Positions 29,184-38,859 of a DNA stretch of 64,000 nt are shown piece by piece (within the stretch, counting starts at the first letter, position 1; the number at the start of each line of letters is the position of its first letter). A program made the position numbers and the translations under genes. Source of the DNA: Veleropilina oligotropha (taxonomy: Eukaryota); assembly GCA_048128005.1 (NCBI GenBank), contig JBEUKZ010000019.1, forward strand, positions 372,001-436,000, in the 5' to 3' direction. The notes under the pieces are model-generated. The model saw only the letters and a list, made by a program, of their open reading frames with translations. It was not told the origin of the DNA and did no database searches.

Positions 29184-29251
29184 ATTCCACCTACACTTTC
29201 CAAGATGCTACTCCAAACACATCGATGGCAGCGCGAGTCCGTCATAGAAAG
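29184..29251 (+). CDS. ARIH2: ARIH2 coding exon 2 (IPPTLSKMLLQTHRWQRESVIE; UBA-like)
   Basis: AG/GT sites; frame continuity. Confidence 0.85.
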
Positions 29252-29299
29252 GTGAGAAGCAAAGATTTTTTATTTCTATTTTTTTTGTTTAGCTCAGGA

Positions 29300-29526
29300 A
29301 TGAATGTCTGTCTAAAGTGACACTTGTATGAGTGTCTGTCTAAAGTGACACTCTTATGAATGTCTGTCTAAAGTGACACTTGTATGAGTGTCTGTCTATA
29401 GTGACACTTGTATGAGTGTCTGTCTAAAGTGACACTTGTATGAGTGTCTGTCTAAAGTGACACTTGTATGAGTGTCTGTCTAAATTGACACTGGTATGAG
29501 TGTCTGTCTAAAGTGACACTTGTATG
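29300..29526. repeat. 28-bp tandem repeat (GTGACACTTGTATGAGTGTCTGTCTAAA), ~8 copies
   Basis: Direct tandem repetition. Confidence 0.93.
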
Positions 29527-29630
29527 TAAATTTTGTTAAAGTATCGCTATCGTCAGCCAGTTTGTAAATAGCCCGAAGTTTTTCCCAAAATTGTGCTTGC
29601 TTTGTCATGTAAATGAACTTTTATTTTCAG

Positions 29631-29694
29631 ACACAGACGTGATCCAATAAAGCTATTAATAGAATCAAATATAGAACCATTACGAAAAAACAGG
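29631..29694 (+). CDS. ARIH2: ARIH2 coding exon 3 (HRRDPIKLLIESNIEPLRKNR)
   Basis: ttttcag acceptor, GTAAGA donor; phase fits. Confidence 0.8.
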
Positions 29695-30136
29695 GTAAGA
29701 GAAATTATAACAGCGGTATGGTATAAAATAGTATGTAGAATCCGGTACTAATTATATCTTCTCTCTGTATTGCTGTATTTTAAAAAAGATTGATCGCATC
29801 GGTGGCTGAGTGGTTATTTGTACGTACTCTGAATTCACTCGCTGGCCTAACAGGAGTGGGTTCGAATCCTTGTTGGGGCTCACTGTGAGACTGTGAACTT
29901 ATTTTAAGAAGCTTAGATCATGATTGCCAGAGATGTGAAGAAATACGCTTCTTTAATGTGATTTTATTGGCATGATATATAAATGTATTAACAAACATAA
30001 TATCATGGCTTTATTATTAACAAGCAAGAGGGTAACATGATTTATGTGACTTTTTTATTACAACCATGTATGTGATATGAACATCTAGAGAGCCACCAGA
30101 TTGATGGACCTGTATGCATATGATATTTCATTTTAG

Positions 30137-30287
30137 GTCCCGTCGGTGGCTCGCTACCTGACGTGCCCCGTTTGCATAACAGACTGCAACAGGGAAAGGA
30201 TCCTGAGCCTCAACTGCAGCCATAACTTCTGCAAAGACTGCTGGGATATGCACTTCCAAATCCAGATCCAACAGGGAACCACCACAG
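30137..30287 (+). CDS. ARIH2: ARIH2 coding exon 4, RING1 (CPVC...CSHNFCKDCW)
   Basis: RING Cys/His pattern; AG/GT sites. Confidence 0.92.
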
Positions 30288-30777
30288 GTACACATGTTGT
30301 AAACTGTTGAACTGGGTTTTGGAAGATCTTTTAAAAGGATAATATCTTCATTTCCGTTTTCAATTTATGCTTTAATTCAAACATATTTGAAAACGAGACC
30401 AGTTGCTATTATTACATATAACTATGTCGCTTGGCTTAACTTGGTCTTTCCACTTGGGCCATGAAATGACCAATCATGATGAATGATAATTTATAAATAC
30501 AGCGTCATAATTTTTCTGTAATTCATTGCGTATCAATCGTTCGCATGTCTGTTGCGATTGCCAGCATTTATTTCAAATCCAAATACTTCAAATACAAAAT
30601 CCAGGTAATTGTAATTTCATTGAAAATGGGAATATGTGAAGAAAAACTATTTTGATGACAGGAGGGTCCCGTCATATGCGGGCTAAGGATAGGTACGTAC
30701 GTAGCAAGTATGTAATAAATGGTGATAGTTACTCGGAGATGATTATTAACTGTATTTATTTCCTTTCTTGGTGCTAG

Positions 30778-30899
30778 GAATAGAATGCATGGCCAAAGAT
30801 TGTACAATTTTGGTACCAGAGGACTTTGTGTGTACAATTCTCAGCAAACACGAACTACGGGAGAAGTACAATAAATTAACGTTTGTGGATAACGTAGAG
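30778..30899 (+). CDS. ARIH2: ARIH2 coding exon 5 (IECMAKDCTILVPEDFV...LREKY)
   Basis: End of RING1, PEDFV motif; AG/GT sites. Confidence 0.92.
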
Positions 30900-31269
30900 G
30901 TATGAAATGGTGTAATTGAATTATACTTGGTTCCATAAAATTTGTAAGTAGCTTAAAAGTTTGTTAAAGAAAGTTGTTATACCATAAATGTATTGAATTC
31001 TTGAAAATTGTATACAGTTTGTGTTGATGAATTAAGAAAATATTTATATACACATTGTAAATTTATATATCTAATTCTACTTAACAATTTTTTAAATCAT
31101 TAATTTTGTGCGAAATTTTAAGTTTTGAGGTAAATATTTGTATTAATAAATAGTGCATGTGAATTAATAGCAGTGAACTATTTGGTGGCAAAGAGATAAA
31201 TTGATTGTTGTCATAAACACTTCTTACATGTCTTAGAAGTTCACATTTTCAGTATTTCCCTTCTTGCAG

Positions 31270-31379
31270 AGCCATCCAGAGCTGCGGTTTTGTCCTGGTC
31301 CCAATTGTCCGATGGTCGTTCGGGCAAAGGAATCCAAGGCGAAGAAGGTCAACTGCTCTTATTGTAAATCCACATTCTG
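31270..31379 (+). CDS. ARIH2: ARIH2 coding exon 6, first half of IBR (SHPELRFCPGPNC...CSYCKSTF)
   Basis: IBR Cys pattern; phase-2 donor GTGAG. Confidence 0.93.
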
Positions 31380-31507
31380 GTGAGTTGGATTGGTGTTTAT
31401 CATTCACATAAACTTATGGTTATTTATGAACGCTTCCATATTTATCTAGTATTTTCGTGAGGGAAGGTTTTTCCAGGAGACTGAACTTTCGTATTGCGAC
31501 AATATGT

Positions 31508-32772
31508 ACATGTCCTGGTATTATCCACACTGTTATTGAACACGGGACAATAGGCATCGATCATGTGGCATGTCCTGGTATTATCCACACTGTTATTGAA
31601 CACGGGACAATAGGCATCGATCATGTGACAAGTCCTGGTATTATCCACACTGTTATTGAACACGGGACAATAGGCATCGATCATGTGACATGCCCTGGTA
31701 TTATCCACACTGTTATTGAACACGGGACAATAGGCATCGATCATGTGACATGTCCTGGTATTATCCACACTGCTATTGAACACGGGACAATAGGCATCGA
31801 TCATGTGACATGTCCTGGTATTATCCACGCTGTTATTGAACACGGGACAATAGGCATCGATCATGTGACATGTCCTGGTATTATTCACACTGTTATTGAG
31901 CACGGGACAATAGGCATCGATCATGTGACATGCCCTGGTATTATCCACACTGTTATTGAACACGGGACAATAGGCATCGATCATGTGACATGTCCTGGTA
32001 TTATCCACACTGTTATTGAACACGGGACAATAGGCATCGATCATGTGACATGTCCTGGTATTATCCACACTGTTATTGAACACGGGACAATAGGCATCGA
32101 TCATGTGACATGTCCTGGTATTATCCACACTGTTATTGAACACGGGACAATAGGCATCGATCATGTGACATGCCCTGGTATTATCCACACTGTTATTGAA
32201 CACTGGACAATAGGCATCGATCATGTGACATGTCCTGGTATTATCCACACTGTTATTGAACACGGGACAATAGGCATCGATCATGTGACATGTCCTGGTA
32301 TTATCCACACTTATTGAACACGGGACAATAGGCATCGATCATGTGGCATGTCCTGGTATTATCCACGCTGTTATTGAACACGGGACAATAGGCATCGATC
32401 ATGTGGCATGTCCTGGTATTATCCACACTGTTATTGAGCACGGGACAATAGGCATCGATCATGTGACATGTCCTGGTATTATCCACACTGTTATTGAACA
32501 CGGGACAATAGGCATCGATCATGTGGCATGTCCTGGTATTATCCACACTGTTATTGAACACGGGACAATAGGCATCGATCATGTGACATGTCCTGGTATT
32601 ATCCACACTGTTATTGAACACGGGACAATAGGCATCGATCATGTGGCATGTCCTGGTATTATCCACACTGTTATTGAACACGGGACAATAGGCATCGATC
32701 ATGTGACATGTCCTGGTATTATCCACACTGTTATTGAACATGGGACAATAGGCATCGATCATGTGGCATGTT
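31508..32772. repeat. 60-bp tandem repeat, ~21 near-identical copies
   Basis: CATGTCCTGGTATTATCCACACTGTTATTGAACACGGGACAATAGGCATCGATCATGTGR repeated. Confidence 0.97.
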
Positions 32773-33110
32773 CTGACCCTTACAAAGAAATAATGGGATG
32801 GATTAAAACCTTCGAACGGAGATTTTAAATCGTGTTCCCGATGACAATATGACTGAAAAATTGTAAAAATGGAAATAACTTGAAAACTGATAGTTCAATC
32901 TGTTCTGACCCTGACATTTATCAGGTTTTGCATGAATTAAAGTTTTTCTACTTCCCCACAGACCGTTTTTCTAGAGTCCCAGAGCTTCCAGGGGCCCGCA
33001 GGCCCCTGGACCCCGGCTTATATCAGACGACTCCGCTCGTCGTCTGTTTCAGGTTTTTTCACATTTTACCAATCATGCCTAAAGAAATAAAGGGATGGAT
33101 TAAAACCTTC

Positions 33111-33307
33111 AGCAGCAGGGGGGGTGAGTGTACTTTTTAGAATGGGAAAATAAGGCTCCCAGCCCTATTTCAGAACTGATAGGGTTGTACTGGTGGGAAC
33201 TAGGGGGTATAGACTAGGGGCGGGGCGGCCGCCGTGGAGGCTCCCAGCACCCTTTCAGACCCCAGGGTATATCGTGTATTACAAAAAGTTACCGTGTGTA
33301 CAGAGCG
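33111..33307 (+). repeat. Left terminal inverted repeat
   Basis: Reverse complement of 48422-48619; outer 127 bp identical. Confidence 0.97.
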
Positions 33308-33407
33308 AGTAGCATGTAGTAAGAGCCCCCAGGGACGGCCCACTACCCTCGCCGGCCCGGGCTCTTGTGTGTTAGTGTCATAACCTATTTAGAGACTGGT
33401 ATATACG

Positions 33408-33707
33408 ATGGTATACGCGATAACTATGTGGGGAAAGAATGTATGCCCTTGGTTGACAGTTAATGCCGCTGGAGTTTGTGGTCGTAGCTGCGTCAACGAA
33501 TTTTGCAATGCCCATCGACGGCAAATTCGGATGGGTATAACACCATCCCCGCCATGTAAGAGATGTGGCAAGGGCACGAAATCGGCCGTTCTGGTGTGTA
33601 GACCATGTGGAGGTCGTCGTGCCGCCCAGGCTCTCATAAACACTAAAAACCGAGCTCGCCGTCTCTACGGCGCAGTATTGCGCGAGTTGCTGTCGCGCAC
33701 GACATAA
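33408..33707 (+). CDS. Small basic Cys-rich (putative zinc-binding) viral protein
   Basis: C-x9-C-x3-C-x4-C-x2-H plus CKRC...CRPC; first ORF after the TIR. Confidence 0.6.
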   Translation: MVYAITMWGKNVCPWLTVNAAGVCGRSCVNEFCNAHRRQIRMGITPSPPCKRCGKGTKSAVLVCRPCGGRRAAQALINTKNRARRLYGAVLRELLSRTT

Positions 33708-33748
33708 AAAGTTCCAATTAGAGACTTGTGTTGTAGGGTCATATCGCG

Positions 33749-36700
33749 ATGGAACGTGTCTCCCTCAGAGACCTGCGCAATCTAGCGAAAGATTATGGGA
33801 TTCCCGCTCGGTCGAAGCTCAAGAAGAACGACCTCATCAGGGCAATCGCCGGGGTCCGTGCTGCGGAGTTTCGGAGGAGGCTCGAGCGGGCGATGAAAAC
33901 GGGAAGGTTCCCCTCCATACGTGGAGATGTGGAGAACCCCCACAAAAGAGGCCGACGTGCTCGCGAGTTGCGGCAGATTAAGGACGAGGTCGACGCCGCC
34001 CTGCAGGCTCGTAAATACGAATCCCAGGCTGAGAAAACGCCGGGGATTCGACTGAAGCCACTTCGCGCCATCACGGATCGAATCGTCAAGCGGTCTCGGA
34101 AAGAGACCCTTGCCCATGCTATTGCTCGGAAGGGGCCCGATCTTCTCATCTCCAAAACGCCCCGGACAGCCCAGGACTACCAGAAGGATCTTCTAGGGCA
34201 ATTTACCACACCCGAGGGACAACGATTCATCGACCTGGATGACCAGGTCCCTCCCCCAGTAAGGCTCCCAGCAAAAGAGCCATGGGTGGAACTCTTGAGC
34301 GACGCCAAAGACGAGTTTGAGGTCGATGGCGCCGCGGCGGCTTTCTCCACATGGAGGGTAGAAGTGGCTGGACGGCTGGCCCTGGATGCCCGTATGACAG
34401 ATGCAAGGGCGGCACAGCTCCTCACAGCCCTTCCAAAGGGCGAGTATGTCCTTAGAATAAAGTTCTTGCGTGAGTGGGGTGAAGGTGACTGGATGGTCGA
34501 AGACAAGTTTGACCCGGTGAAGGCTGCGAGAAAGAAGGGCCAGGGTGTCTTTGAGATCTCTCAGGATACTAAGCCGGGTGCTATCACTGGGGTCGACAAG
34601 GTCTACTACGAGAATGCCTACCCGGTCACTGCAGTCGTCTACGGCGTCTATCCTCTCAGAGAACCAAACCCCGCCAACCTGGTCCCAATGAAGAACGGCG
34701 ACCTCAACTGCGTTGCCCAAAGAGTGGTTGAGCACTTCGAAGGCGCCCTGAGAGGACACGGACTAACTCCAATCAGGCGGCAGAAAATAATGGAGTGGGA
34801 GGCGCGAGTTCATGTAACAGGAGCTTCCGTCGACGATGTGGCCCGACTGGAGAGGATCCTCAAGCGGGCGATTATCTTGAGGGACATTGCTGGTGAGGAC
34901 ATCTACAACAGTGGGAAGTACCAGTTTGGTGGGTCCACAGGCGGGGTGAGAGGTAAAGTAGAACTCATCTGTCACAACGGCCACGCCTGGTCGAAGGACC
35001 TACACTTCCCGCAAAGTAGAGAGGTCCACCTGTATGAGGGCGATGTCTGGGAAGCTATTCGACAAGCCACACAGAATGAGCCATTGGCTGTCTGGCTCCT
35101 AGGCGGTAAAGACCGACAGCTCGGCGTGGACCAGTTCGTGCTGCAAGATGGCCGCACGTACCGGACAAAAGAGGCTCACGAGAGACTTCAAGAAGCCTGT
35201 ACAGCGCTGGGGAATGAGTCCCTAGCCGATCGAGCCTTTGGCGAGAACCATGCAGCTAGCATTATGGCTAAAGAGACCAACGGCTGGAAACCCACCCCGG
35301 CGAGCCTGCTCGATGACATCCAGAAGGCCTGTGTAGAGCATGGCCACGGCGGTCTCTGGAATTCCATGAATTACGACACGGGCGATGTCTGCTGCATCGA
35401 TATGAAAGCCTGCTACCCTGCCAGCTTTCTGGGGCAGGGCGAGGCCAAGCCATACTTCGAAAGATTCGGACACCCAACCCACAGCATGACTCGGGTCGCA
35501 ATTAACGGTCCTCTTCCCGAAGATATCGGCACCGGCTTTGCTGAGGTCGTGGGGTGGGAGTTCGCACAAGACATCCACCCCGTCATTGTAGCATGGTTCG
35601 GGAAGCACTTTGCAGAGAATGGATGGGCACCAACCCCGCTGCTCGCCTTCCTCATAGAATCTGGACTGCTAAAAAGCCTCAAGATCCGAGAAGCCATCAT
35701 CGCGTTCAAAGCCCAGACCGATGTCTGGCTTCCGGAGAATCGTGACCAGGGCTGCAGTATCATCGGCAAATTCACCCAAGGCGCCAAGGCCGAGGGTAAA
35801 AGATTGACACGGAGACTGGTGATTGACCAGGGAGAGCTGGACTTCCTGGTAAGAGACACCCGCCAAAGCGGTACCCTGGTCGGCGCACCTCAAAGGTGCC
35901 CTATGGGGCACATCCTCACGTACTATGATGGCTCCCAGCCTCAGTACGCCCACCTGAGGGCCGCGATGTTGGGGTATGCGCACATAAACCTCTTGAGCAT
36001 GCTGAAGCGTTTCAGTGCAGCAGAAGCCGTCCGGGTAGCCACTGACAGCATCTACCTCAAGAAGGCCTCGTTGGAGAAGCTCGACGATGTCACGGTGTAC
36101 GTTGCCCCCCAACTCTGCGACTGTCGCAGCCAATCGTGCATCTCATGTCTGATCGCGGAGCCGTACCTTCCGCCAGTAGCACCAGCCCAGTGGCGTGACA
36201 AGGGCGAACAGCTGTATATGCCACAGGAACATGCCGCATACATGCCCAAGCCGGAGTACACGCAGTCCGAGAAGGACCTCCCGCCGAGCACCGCGCCATG
36301 CTACAATGACACACTGACCCACCATCGCCTGAGTTACCTCAATGGTGGAGGGGGCTGTGGCAAGACTACGAGAGCGATCGAGCTCTTTCGGGCAAGGAAT
36401 CCCGTCGTGTTCACACCAACCCACCGCCTCGCTAAAGAGATGCGAACCAGAGGCGTCAAAGCCCAGACCTACCACAGCTTCTTCCGATGGAGCGGTCAGA
36501 ATGACTGGATGCCTGATCGCATGGGTCAGAAGTTCATCCCGCGCGTCATTATCTGGGACGAGGTCTGTACTGTTCCCCGGGCTATTCTAGAGATGTTCTT
36601 GGACTGGCTGGGCCGCCACGAAGTGCAGGTTATCTGCTGTGGCGATCAAGGCCAGCCACCACCGATTACGGGCGAGATGCCACACGATTGGCTGCGAAGG

Positions 36701-37615
36701 ACTGCGGACTACTATGAAGAGATCGAAGTAGACTACAGGGCGAAAGACGACCCTGCCCTCCAAGCCCTGAAAAGACGGATACGTCTCCAGCCCGACAAAA
36801 TCCAGTGCGACGAGATGCGACGGACTCTCCCCAGCTGCCTTGGATGGGATCGGTTCGTCAACACCTGGAAGCCAGGCGACCTAATCCTCACGAGCCGTCA
36901 GAAGGTCCGCGAACGGGCTCAACAGCTGTTGCTCCAGAGGCACAAGGAGCACTTCCCAGACTCCCCGGTACCTATCCTGTACCACCCCAGGGACACCCGT
37001 AAGCAAAATATCATGGTAACGATTCCGGGCACCAGCGACAGAGAGGAGCTAGTTCTGAACGACGTCGTCGAGGTCACCATTGACGCCGCTGAGAGGGCTA
37101 TCCTGACCCCGGATTGGCGCCTGGGCTATGCTCTCACCATCCATTCGAGCCAGGGTCTTACGATTCACGACCCGCAGAGGGTCTGGATCATCGATGACTA
37201 CCTTCAGTGGAGTAATCTCGCCTACCTAGCCGTGTCCCGGGTGGAGCTGCTGCATCAGCTCGAACGGGTAACCTGTCCTCCGGATGAGGGTGCTGAGGAC
37301 AGGCCCCCGCCGCAAACCGAGCAACAGCTCCGAAAGACCATCCAGAAAAAGCTCGTGGCGTACAAACGCCAGGACCAGGCCAAGGGACTCCTGGGATTTA
37401 ACCTCAAGGTCGACGACATCCTGCAGCTCAAAGACGCCCAAAACAACCGCTGCGCGGCATGCAACATAGAGCTGCTCTGGGCATATTCCCCGAAGGACAC
37501 ACAGCAGTTCAGTGTCGACCGTGTGGACAACAGCAGGGGCCACATCCGCGACAACGTGCGCTTAACGTGTCTGGAATGTAACCGGAAACGAGGATTTGCG
37601 GTTGTTAACGCCTGA
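33749..37615 (+). CDS. Multidomain replicase: HeH/Rho-N-like, vOTU-like, divergent protein-primed PolB, SF1 (RecD/Pif1-like) helicase, HNH-like domain
   Basis: SLRDLRNLAKDYGI..KLKKNDLIRAI; NGDLNC...HNGH; IDMKACYP, RDQGCSIIGKF, ATDS; GGGGCGKT, IIWDE, GDQGQPPP, YALTIHSSQG, YLAVSR; CAAC..DRVDNSRGH..NV..CLECN. Confidence 0.9.
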   Translation: MERVSLRDLRNLAKDYGIPARSKLKKNDLIRAIAGVRAAEFRRRLERAMKTGRFPSIRGDVENPHKRGRRARELRQIKDEVDAALQARKYESQAEKTPGIRLKPLRAITDRIVKRSRKETLAHAIARKGPDLLISKTPRTAQDYQKDLLGQFTTPEGQRFIDLDDQVPPPVRLPAKEPWVELLSDAKDEFEVDGAAAAFSTWRVEVAGRLALDARMTDARAAQLLTALPKGEYVLRIKFLREWGEGDWMVEDKFDPVKAARKKGQGVFEISQDTKPGAITGVDKVYYENAYPVTAVVYGVYPLREPNPANLVPMKNGDLNCVAQRVVEHFEGALRGHGLTPIRRQKIMEWEARVHVTGASVDDVARLERILKRAIILRDIAGEDIYNSGKYQFGGSTGGVRGKVELICHNGHAWSKDLHFPQSREVHLYEGDVWEAIRQATQNEPLAVWLLGGKDRQLGVDQFVLQDGRTYRTKEAHERLQEACTALGNESLADRAFGENHAASIMAKETNGWKPTPASLLDDIQKACVEHGHGGLWNSMNYDTGDVCCIDMKACYPASFLGQGEAKPYFERFGHPTHSMTRVAINGPLPEDIGTGFAEVVGWEFAQDIHPVIVAWFGKHFAENGWAPTPLLAFLIESGLLKSLKIREAIIAFKAQTDVWLPENRDQGCSIIGKFTQGAKAEGKRLTRRLVIDQGELDFLVRDTRQSGTLVGAPQRCPMGHILTYYDGSQPQYAHLRAAMLGYAHINLLSMLKRFSAAEAVRVATDSIYLKKASLEKLDDVTVYVAPQLCDCRSQSCISCLIAEPYLPPVAPAQWRDKGEQLYMPQEHAAYMPKPEYTQSEKDLPPSTAPCYNDTLTHHRLSYLNGGGGCGKTTRAIELFRARNPVVFTPTHRLAKEMRTRGVKAQTYHSFFRWSGQNDWMPDRMGQKFIPRVIIWDEVCTVPRAILEMFLDWLGRHEVQVICCGDQGQPPPITGEMPHDWLRRTADYYEEIEVDYRAKDDPALQALKRRIRLQPDKIQCDEMRRTLPSCLGWDRFVNTWKPGDLILTSRQKVRERAQQLLLQRHKEHFPDSPVPILYHPRDTRKQNIMVTIPGTSDREELVLNDVVEVTIDAAERAILTPDWRLGYALTIHSSQGLTIHDPQRVWIIDDYLQWSNLAYLAVSRVELLHQLERVTCPPDEGAEDRPPPQTEQQLRKTIQKKLVAYKRQDQAKGLLGFNLKVDDILQLKDAQNNRCAACNIELLWAYSPKDTQQFSVDRVDNSRGHIRDNVRLTCLECNRKRGFAVVNA

Positions 37616-38609
37616 GAACCGGCGGCAGCTGGGTATCATGAGGCACCACGAGCAGTTCCTCACGAACGAAGCCACGCGGTGGTCCATCCAGCAAGTAGTA
37701 GAGCACAGGCTCGTCAGGCTTAGTGACGGAGCGTCCAAGCCTGTAAACTTTTAGAGACCACACCGGGTCAGTAGCACGGCGATGACCCCCCTCCAGCTCA
37801 CCATCGTAGTAAAGGTAGCGAACATCTACGTCAGAGGGGAGTTTCTGTTCCTTCCCCTGTCGGCCTGGAACAGTGGCGCCTGGCTTTTGGGCAACGCGAG
37901 GTGCCTTGATGGCGTCCTTGGGCTTTTTACCGGTCAGCCTGGTCACTTCCCCATTCAAGGCCGCAACTACAGCTGCTAACCGGGCGACCCACTCAGTTGA
38001 CCTTTGACCCTCTTTCGCAGACTCTGCAAACCGCATCTCTGTTGCATACTGGTGCCCGAAGAGCCGCTCAGCGAGCGTCCGGTTGAAGCGCTCCACAATG
38101 CCCTGATCGCGATGGATATCCACACGGCCACGCCTAACCTCGACGTTATTCTTTGCCAGCAGCTGGGAAACCGCGCCCATAAACTCTCGCCCTGGATCGA
38201 CTTGAAGCAGTTTCGGCCAGCCAAGAGGACTCCGCCTGTAGATTCGGGCTAGTGCTTCAGCAACCCCTTTGGCCTCTTTTGTGACCAGAGGCTCAGCCTC
38301 TTTAAAGCGACTGGCCACATCAACCACAGTCAAAGCGTACTTGTACGTTTTACGGCCGACCATGTCATGGGGCAGAAACAGGAGATCGGCTTGGTGAACC
38401 TCGTTCGGCGTCGTAACGTCAAACCGTGGTCTTGGAATCCGCCGTGGCGCAGGTAAATAGATCTGCCATATAGCCTGCTTCTTAAGCCATGTCCGGGCCT
38501 CCACTTCAGACGCCTTGGCAGCCTCAGCTAGTTTCTTTATCGCGGCAATGCCTTTCCAGTAGCCCTTAGGGCTGTAGTATATCCTCGCAAGCTTACTATC
38601 CATCAGCAA
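37605..38609 (-). CDS. Retroviral-like (rve) DDE integrase of Polinton type; ATG probably at 38603
   Basis: HQADL (D), LTVVDVASR, QVDPGREF (D), GIVERFNRTL (E); C-terminal YYL...GFVREEL; 3' end overlaps the replicase by 11 nt. Confidence 0.95.
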   Translation of the reverse strand: MLMDSKLARIYYSPKGYWKGIAAIKKLAEAAKASEVEARTWLKKQAIWQIYLPAPRRIPRPRFDVTTPNEVHQADLLFLPHDMVGRKTYKYALTVVDVASRFKEAEPLVTKEAKGVAEALARIYRRSPLGWPKLLQVDPGREFMGAVSQLLAKNNVEVRRGRVDIHRDQGIVERFNRTLAERLFGHQYATEMRFAESAKEGQRSTEWVARLAAVVAALNGEVTRLTGKKPKDAIKAPRVAQKPGATVPGRQGKEQKLPSDVDVRYLYYDGELEGGHRRATDPVWSLKVYRLGRSVTKPDEPVLYYLLDGPPRGFVREELLVVPHDTQLPPVLRR

Positions 38610-38832
38610 TGTATTCCAGTAAACTGATCAGTCTCCAACAGGCTTCAGCTTCCGGAGCCGGTCGCTGCGCAGTGGTCGCCCGTAGGTTGGTCGGGCCCGA
38701 GAGCACCAGGACCGCGAACCGCACCATAGTCTTTTCGTCGCGGCGCCAGCAGTCGAGTAACGTAGTACTATAGCCGACCGCAAGCATAGCGCAGTACAGC
38801 TCTTCTGGGAGCCCCATTACTATACATGCCAA
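38596..38832 (-). CDS. Hypothetical small viral protein
   Basis: Fills the gap in the contiguous minus-strand ORF array; no motif. Confidence 0.4.
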   Translation of the reverse strand: MACIVMGLPEELYCAMLAVGYSTTLLDCWRRDEKTMVRFAVLVLSGPTNLRATTAQRPAPEAEACWRLISLLEYIADG

Positions 38833-38859
38833 CGAAAAAAATGTTCACTATAGAAATAA

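Noticed and set aside
29793..29880. Possible tRNA gene (A box TGGCTGAGTGG, B box GGTTCGAATCC)
   Set aside because: No convincing cloverleaf; resembles SINE heads at ~21022 and ~27135
31442..32828. 60-bp repeat next to the viral element as a CRISPR-like array or repeat protein
   Set aside because: Units are contiguous and near-identical with no unique spacers; they lie outside the TIR/TSD; no similarity to the element seen
33105..33110. Canonical 6-bp TSD
   Set aside because: Left ACCTTC and right CCTTCG agree only over CCTTC, and the empty paralogous site has a single CCTTC
34670..35000. Functional link between the viral vOTU-like domain and the host ubiquitin ligase ARIH2
   Set aside because: vOTU-like domains are a general feature of Polinton polymerases; nothing suggests the insertion site is other than coincidental
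33782..37554. Numerous antisense and alternate-frame ORFs within the replicase (and similar ones over other viral genes)
   Set aside because: Expected shadow ORFs in GC-rich coding DNA; no motifs
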